This document shows positions 60,801 through 64,000 of a DNA stretch of 64,000 bases, piece after piece (the first letter of the stretch is position 1; each line of letters opens with the position of its first letter). This DNA comes from Macrostomum hystrix (taxonomy: Eukaryota > Animalia > Platyhelminthes), in assembly GCA_950097015.1 (NCBI GenBank), contig CATNEN010000030.1, forward strand, positions 1,612,001 through 1,676,000, given 5' to 3'. The notes beneath the pieces are model-generated. The model saw nothing but the letters and a program-made list of their open reading frames with translations. It ran no database searches and was not told the origin of the DNA. Position numbers and translations under genes: made by a program.

Positions 60801-62617
60801 CCAAAACCAAAACTGATCCATACAGGTGCAGTAGACAATGAAAACAGACTTAAAGCCTAATATTTAGTGTTTTGTGTCTACCCTTCCTGTACGAGTCGAC
60901 CGCTCCTACGCTGACATTTTTCTGTCGACTTTTGCAGCCAACATGCTCGCAAGTCCATCAATGTTATTAATAATCGTATTTTCGCTATCCACAAATTAAG
61001 GGGTCGGTGACAGCTGCTAACGCGTCTGCCGCTCGCGCCAAGGTCCCTAAGCTGGATTCCACGGCATGGCCACGTTCATTTGGGGCGCTGGCGTGGGTCT
61101 TGTGCAGTCAGCGGAATGGCCAGAATTGCCTCCTCGCTAGCTGCGGATCTAGTGTCACCAAATGATGTGCCATTGCGCGCAGCCCTCCTGTAATAGTATA
61201 GTTTTGGTAGCAATTCTGCCCATTCCGCTGACTCATAAGCACACACACATATAGATACCGTACGCAGGCACACGCTCACACAGGTGTGTACGAGTACATC
61301 TGCCCTGACTTTCTCACCGTCAGGCTCATCATATCATCCCCGTCTCGCTCTCATTATGTACACTCTCACTGTGCCTTGGAGGTTGGCCCTCAAGGACTTA
61401 AATTGCATGACAAGCCCCCATGCCTTCTCTCCGCGGCTGCGCCCCCAAACGAATGTGGCCACGCCGTGGAATCGAGCTTTGGGACATTAGTGCGAGAGGC
61501 AAACGCTAGATTGCCTCTTTTAAGACCGCTCTGCCACTCACCCCCTGATGTTGCCTTACGTTTGAGGCCAATCAGCTACAGGTGAGAAGCAAACTGCTGG
61601 CAGCCGCAGACTATATGCCTGTATTGGCTTCACTACATTCATGCACGGTTGACTCAGCCGTAGAATTCTGTAGCTCAGCCGCAGACTATATGCTTGTATT
61701 GGCTTCACTACATTCATGCACGGTTGACTCAGCCGTAGAATTCTGTAGCTCAGCCGCAGACTATATGCTTGTATTGGCTTCACTACATTCATGCACGGTT
61801 GACTCAGCCGTAGAATTCTGTAGCTCGGCGCAGACTATATGCTTGTATTGGCTTCACTACATTCATGCACGGTTGACTCAGCCGTAGAATTCTGTAGCTC
61901 AGCCGCAGACTATATGCCTGTATTGGCTTCACTACATTCATGCACGGTTGACTCAGCCGTAGAATTCTGTAGCTCAGCCGCAGACTATAAGCCTGTATTG
62001 GCTTCACTACATTCATGCACGGTTGACTCAGCCGTAGAATTCTGTAGCTCAGCCGCAGACTATATGCCTGTATTGGCTTCACTACATTCATGCACGGTTG
62101 ACTCAGCCGTAGAATTCTGTAGCTCAGCCGCAGACTATATGCCTGTATTGGCTTCACTACATTCATGCACGGTTGACTCAGCCGTAGAATTCTGTAGCTC
62201 AGCCGCAGCAGAGTAGCTTGACTCTCAACCTGTTGTCCCTGTTCAATAGAAACTTCATAGCTTATAGACTTAGTCATCGCTTGTAGACAAAAGAATATTC
62301 TCTACTTCCACTGGGGAAAGCTATAGACCTTTTCTGTGGCCCTTGTGAATGCCTTGAGTATGGTATTCAGCGTGAGTCAAGTGAGGCATGACGCGTAAGG
62401 CAGCCTCTTGTCATGGCCGTGTTTTCCCCTCCAAGCAACTGCACAGAGTAACTCATAATTCAGCGACGAAGCATGTTTAAGAGGCTGATCTGAAGTTTCC
62501 TCCAGCAGGGTTGGTCTTCGCATAAAAGTACGGCCGGAGGAAAACACGACTGCAAGACCTGCTAAAAGAATTGTCGCTCGTTGCCAAGTCAATTACCGAG
62601 TCAATACGCTCGTATAA
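57875..62617 (+). CDS. Sara: SARA/endofin (ZFYVE9/ZFYVE16) C-terminal-domain protein, ~508 aa; no FYVE domain found
   Basis: Exons 57875-58100, 58690-59177, 59570-59888, 60374-60513, 60636-60751, 60938-61006, 61525-61581, 62506-62617; the last three are less certain. Motifs WSYRTHGL..GQTDL, RLLLRLGAEDGVYPCGLVSNRYRPPVF, ADAHLV, VTGLSF, AIVEDGV, VGLRIKV match the remembered SARA C-terminal region. Confidence 0.8.
58124..58595. repeat. 24-bp repeat (GCCTCATCTGTAGTTTGTTGTCTT), SARA-like intron 1
   Basis: Seen directly. Confidence 0.95.
59238..59563. mobile_element. CAGTAG/TTAA family element in SARA-like intron 2
   Basis: TTAA|AGTAGAAAGAC at 59234 and GTCTTTCTACTG|TTAA ending 59567. Confidence 0.75.
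60060..60326. mobile_element. Truncated CAGTAG/TTAA family element in SARA-like intron 3
   Basis: Ends TCTTTCTACTG|TTAA; similar to 42500-42800. Confidence 0.65.
61000..61519. mobile_element. TTAA-flanked MITE with ~70-bp imperfect subterminal inverted repeats
   Basis: TTAA at 60996-99 and 61520-23; arms 61017-61088 and 61439-61509 are reverse complements with scattered mismatches. Confidence 0.8.
61600..62210. repeat. 75-bp tandem repeat, ~8 copies, SARA-like intron
   Basis: Period of 75 measured (61606, 61681, 61756). Confidence 0.95.
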
Positions 62618-62686
62618 CCAGTATCGCACGACGTTGCATCAGAGCAGCAGTGCTTGATTCATCTGATAGCCCCATTAAAGCAACAG

Positions 62687-64000
62687 ATGATGCGACTGCT
62701 GTGTACTGCGTGTCCGTGCCTTGTCGGCACTCTGACACTGTTAGCAAGGCTGACAGCAGCCCAGGTCATCAACTCGATGCTGCTGTGCAAAGCGCAGCAG
62801 TGCTACAACATCAGCGTACTCGGCAGAGCGTCCTACTCGGCTGACTATTGTGCGAACGCGGGGATGCAGTGGTTTGATCAGACCTCATTCGAACTGTTCG
62901 CTGCTAACCTAGCAACACTGACCAGGTGAGGTTAGCTAATACATTGGGGAACAGGTGAGGTTAACTATTACATCGGAGAACAGGTGAGGTGAACTAATAC
63001 ATTGGGGAACAGGTGAGGTTAACTAATACATTGGGGAACAGGTGAGGTTATCTAATACATTGGGGAACAGGTGAGGTTAACTAATACATTGGGGAACAGG
63101 TGAGGTGAACTAATACATTGGGGAACAGGTGAGGTTAACTAATACATTGGGGAACAGGTGAGGTTAACTAATGCATTGGGGAACAGGTGAGGTTAACTAA
63201 TACATTGGGGAACAGGTGAGGTTATCTAATACATTGGGGAACAGGTGAGGTTAACTAATACATTGGGGAACAGGTGAGGTGAACTAATACATTGGGGAAC
63301 AGGTGAGGTGAACTAATACATTGGGGAACAGGTGAGGTTAACTAATACATTGGGGAACAGGTGAGGTTAACTATTACATCGGAGAACAGGTGAGGTTATC
63401 TAATACATTGGGGAACAGGTGAGGTTATCTAATACATTGGGGAACAGGTGAGGTTAACTAATACATTGGGGAACAGGTGAGGTGAACTAATACATTGGGG
63501 AACAGGTGAGGTTATCTAATACATTGGGGAACAGGTGAGGTTAACTAATACATTGGGGAACAGGTGAGGTGAACTAATACATTGGGGAACAGGTGAGGTT
63601 AACTAAAACTAAGCAAGAGTTGAGTCGGCACATTGGGGGTGAAATTGGAATAAAAGTATATAAAAACTCTGGTATTTAACCATTCTTGAGACGCAATGAG
63701 CTCGTATTGATTAGGATTCTCGTCCTCAACAACCGCCGCGTTCCGTTGGCAGTGGAATCGGCGAGAACACGTACTGGACTGGCGTCCGTATGGCCGCTAG
63801 GACCAGTCCGGCCGAGCGAGTGTTCGCTTGGCGCAACCAGAGCAGCCAGCTGTACGTGACAAGCGTCGCTGTGCGCCAATCTAGCCAGGTATTTACCAGC
63901 ACGGAGTCCAATCCAACTGTCGGCGTCATCTCGGATACAAGTGACAACGAGACCAACTGGCTGGAGAAGAAAGTGACAGACGGAGGGCGCGCCATCTGCA
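62687..64000 (+). CDS. Secreted C-type lectin-like domain protein, 5' part (runs off the window)
   Basis: Exon 62687-62925 (signal peptide MMRLLC..LTAAQ; CYNIS..YSADYC) and exon from 63753 (YWTGVR..FAWRN..NW..RAIC), phase 2. Confidence 0.6.
62926..63605. repeat. 29-bp minisatellite (AACAGGTGAGGTTAACTAATACATTGGGG), ~23 copies, lectin gene intron 1
   Basis: Period of 29 measured directly. Confidence 0.95.

Noticed and set aside
61286-61585. 99-aa ORF as an independent exon
   Set aside because: Mostly lies inside the MITE; only 61525-61581 belongs to the host exon
62287-62371. Extra SARA-like exon (LGKAIDLFCGP)
   Set aside because: Weak similarity and no phase-compatible acceptor found; left unresolved

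Overview
This is eukaryotic (animal) genomic DNA with GC-rich exons and introns largely filled by intron-specific minisatellites. The style resembles a flatworm such as Macrostomum, but that is inference and was not verified. Seven spliced genes were reconstructed by hand from GT-AG sites, phase matching and family motifs. On the + strand: a receptor-type PTP pseudophosphatase, an 11-exon multi-CUB single-pass receptor, a FYVE-less SARA/endofin-like gene and the start of a secreted C-type-lectin-like gene. On the - strand: CTDSPL2, a divergent type IIA topoisomerase and Otx. There is also a decayed paralog of the CUB gene. Mobile DNA includes a complete but defective Merlin transposon, a 5'-truncated APE-RT-RNaseH LINE with a ~272-bp flanking duplication, two CORE-SINE families and several TTAA- or 6-bp-TSD non-autonomous elements. 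The best leads are a TTAA MITE inside a coding exon that appears removable in frame as an intron (introner-like), a TOP2 paralog with a presequence-like N-terminus and no C-terminal domain, and minisatellites built from splice signals. Most long ORFs in the supplied track are artefacts of tandem repeats. All exon models are manual and need RNA-seq confirmation.
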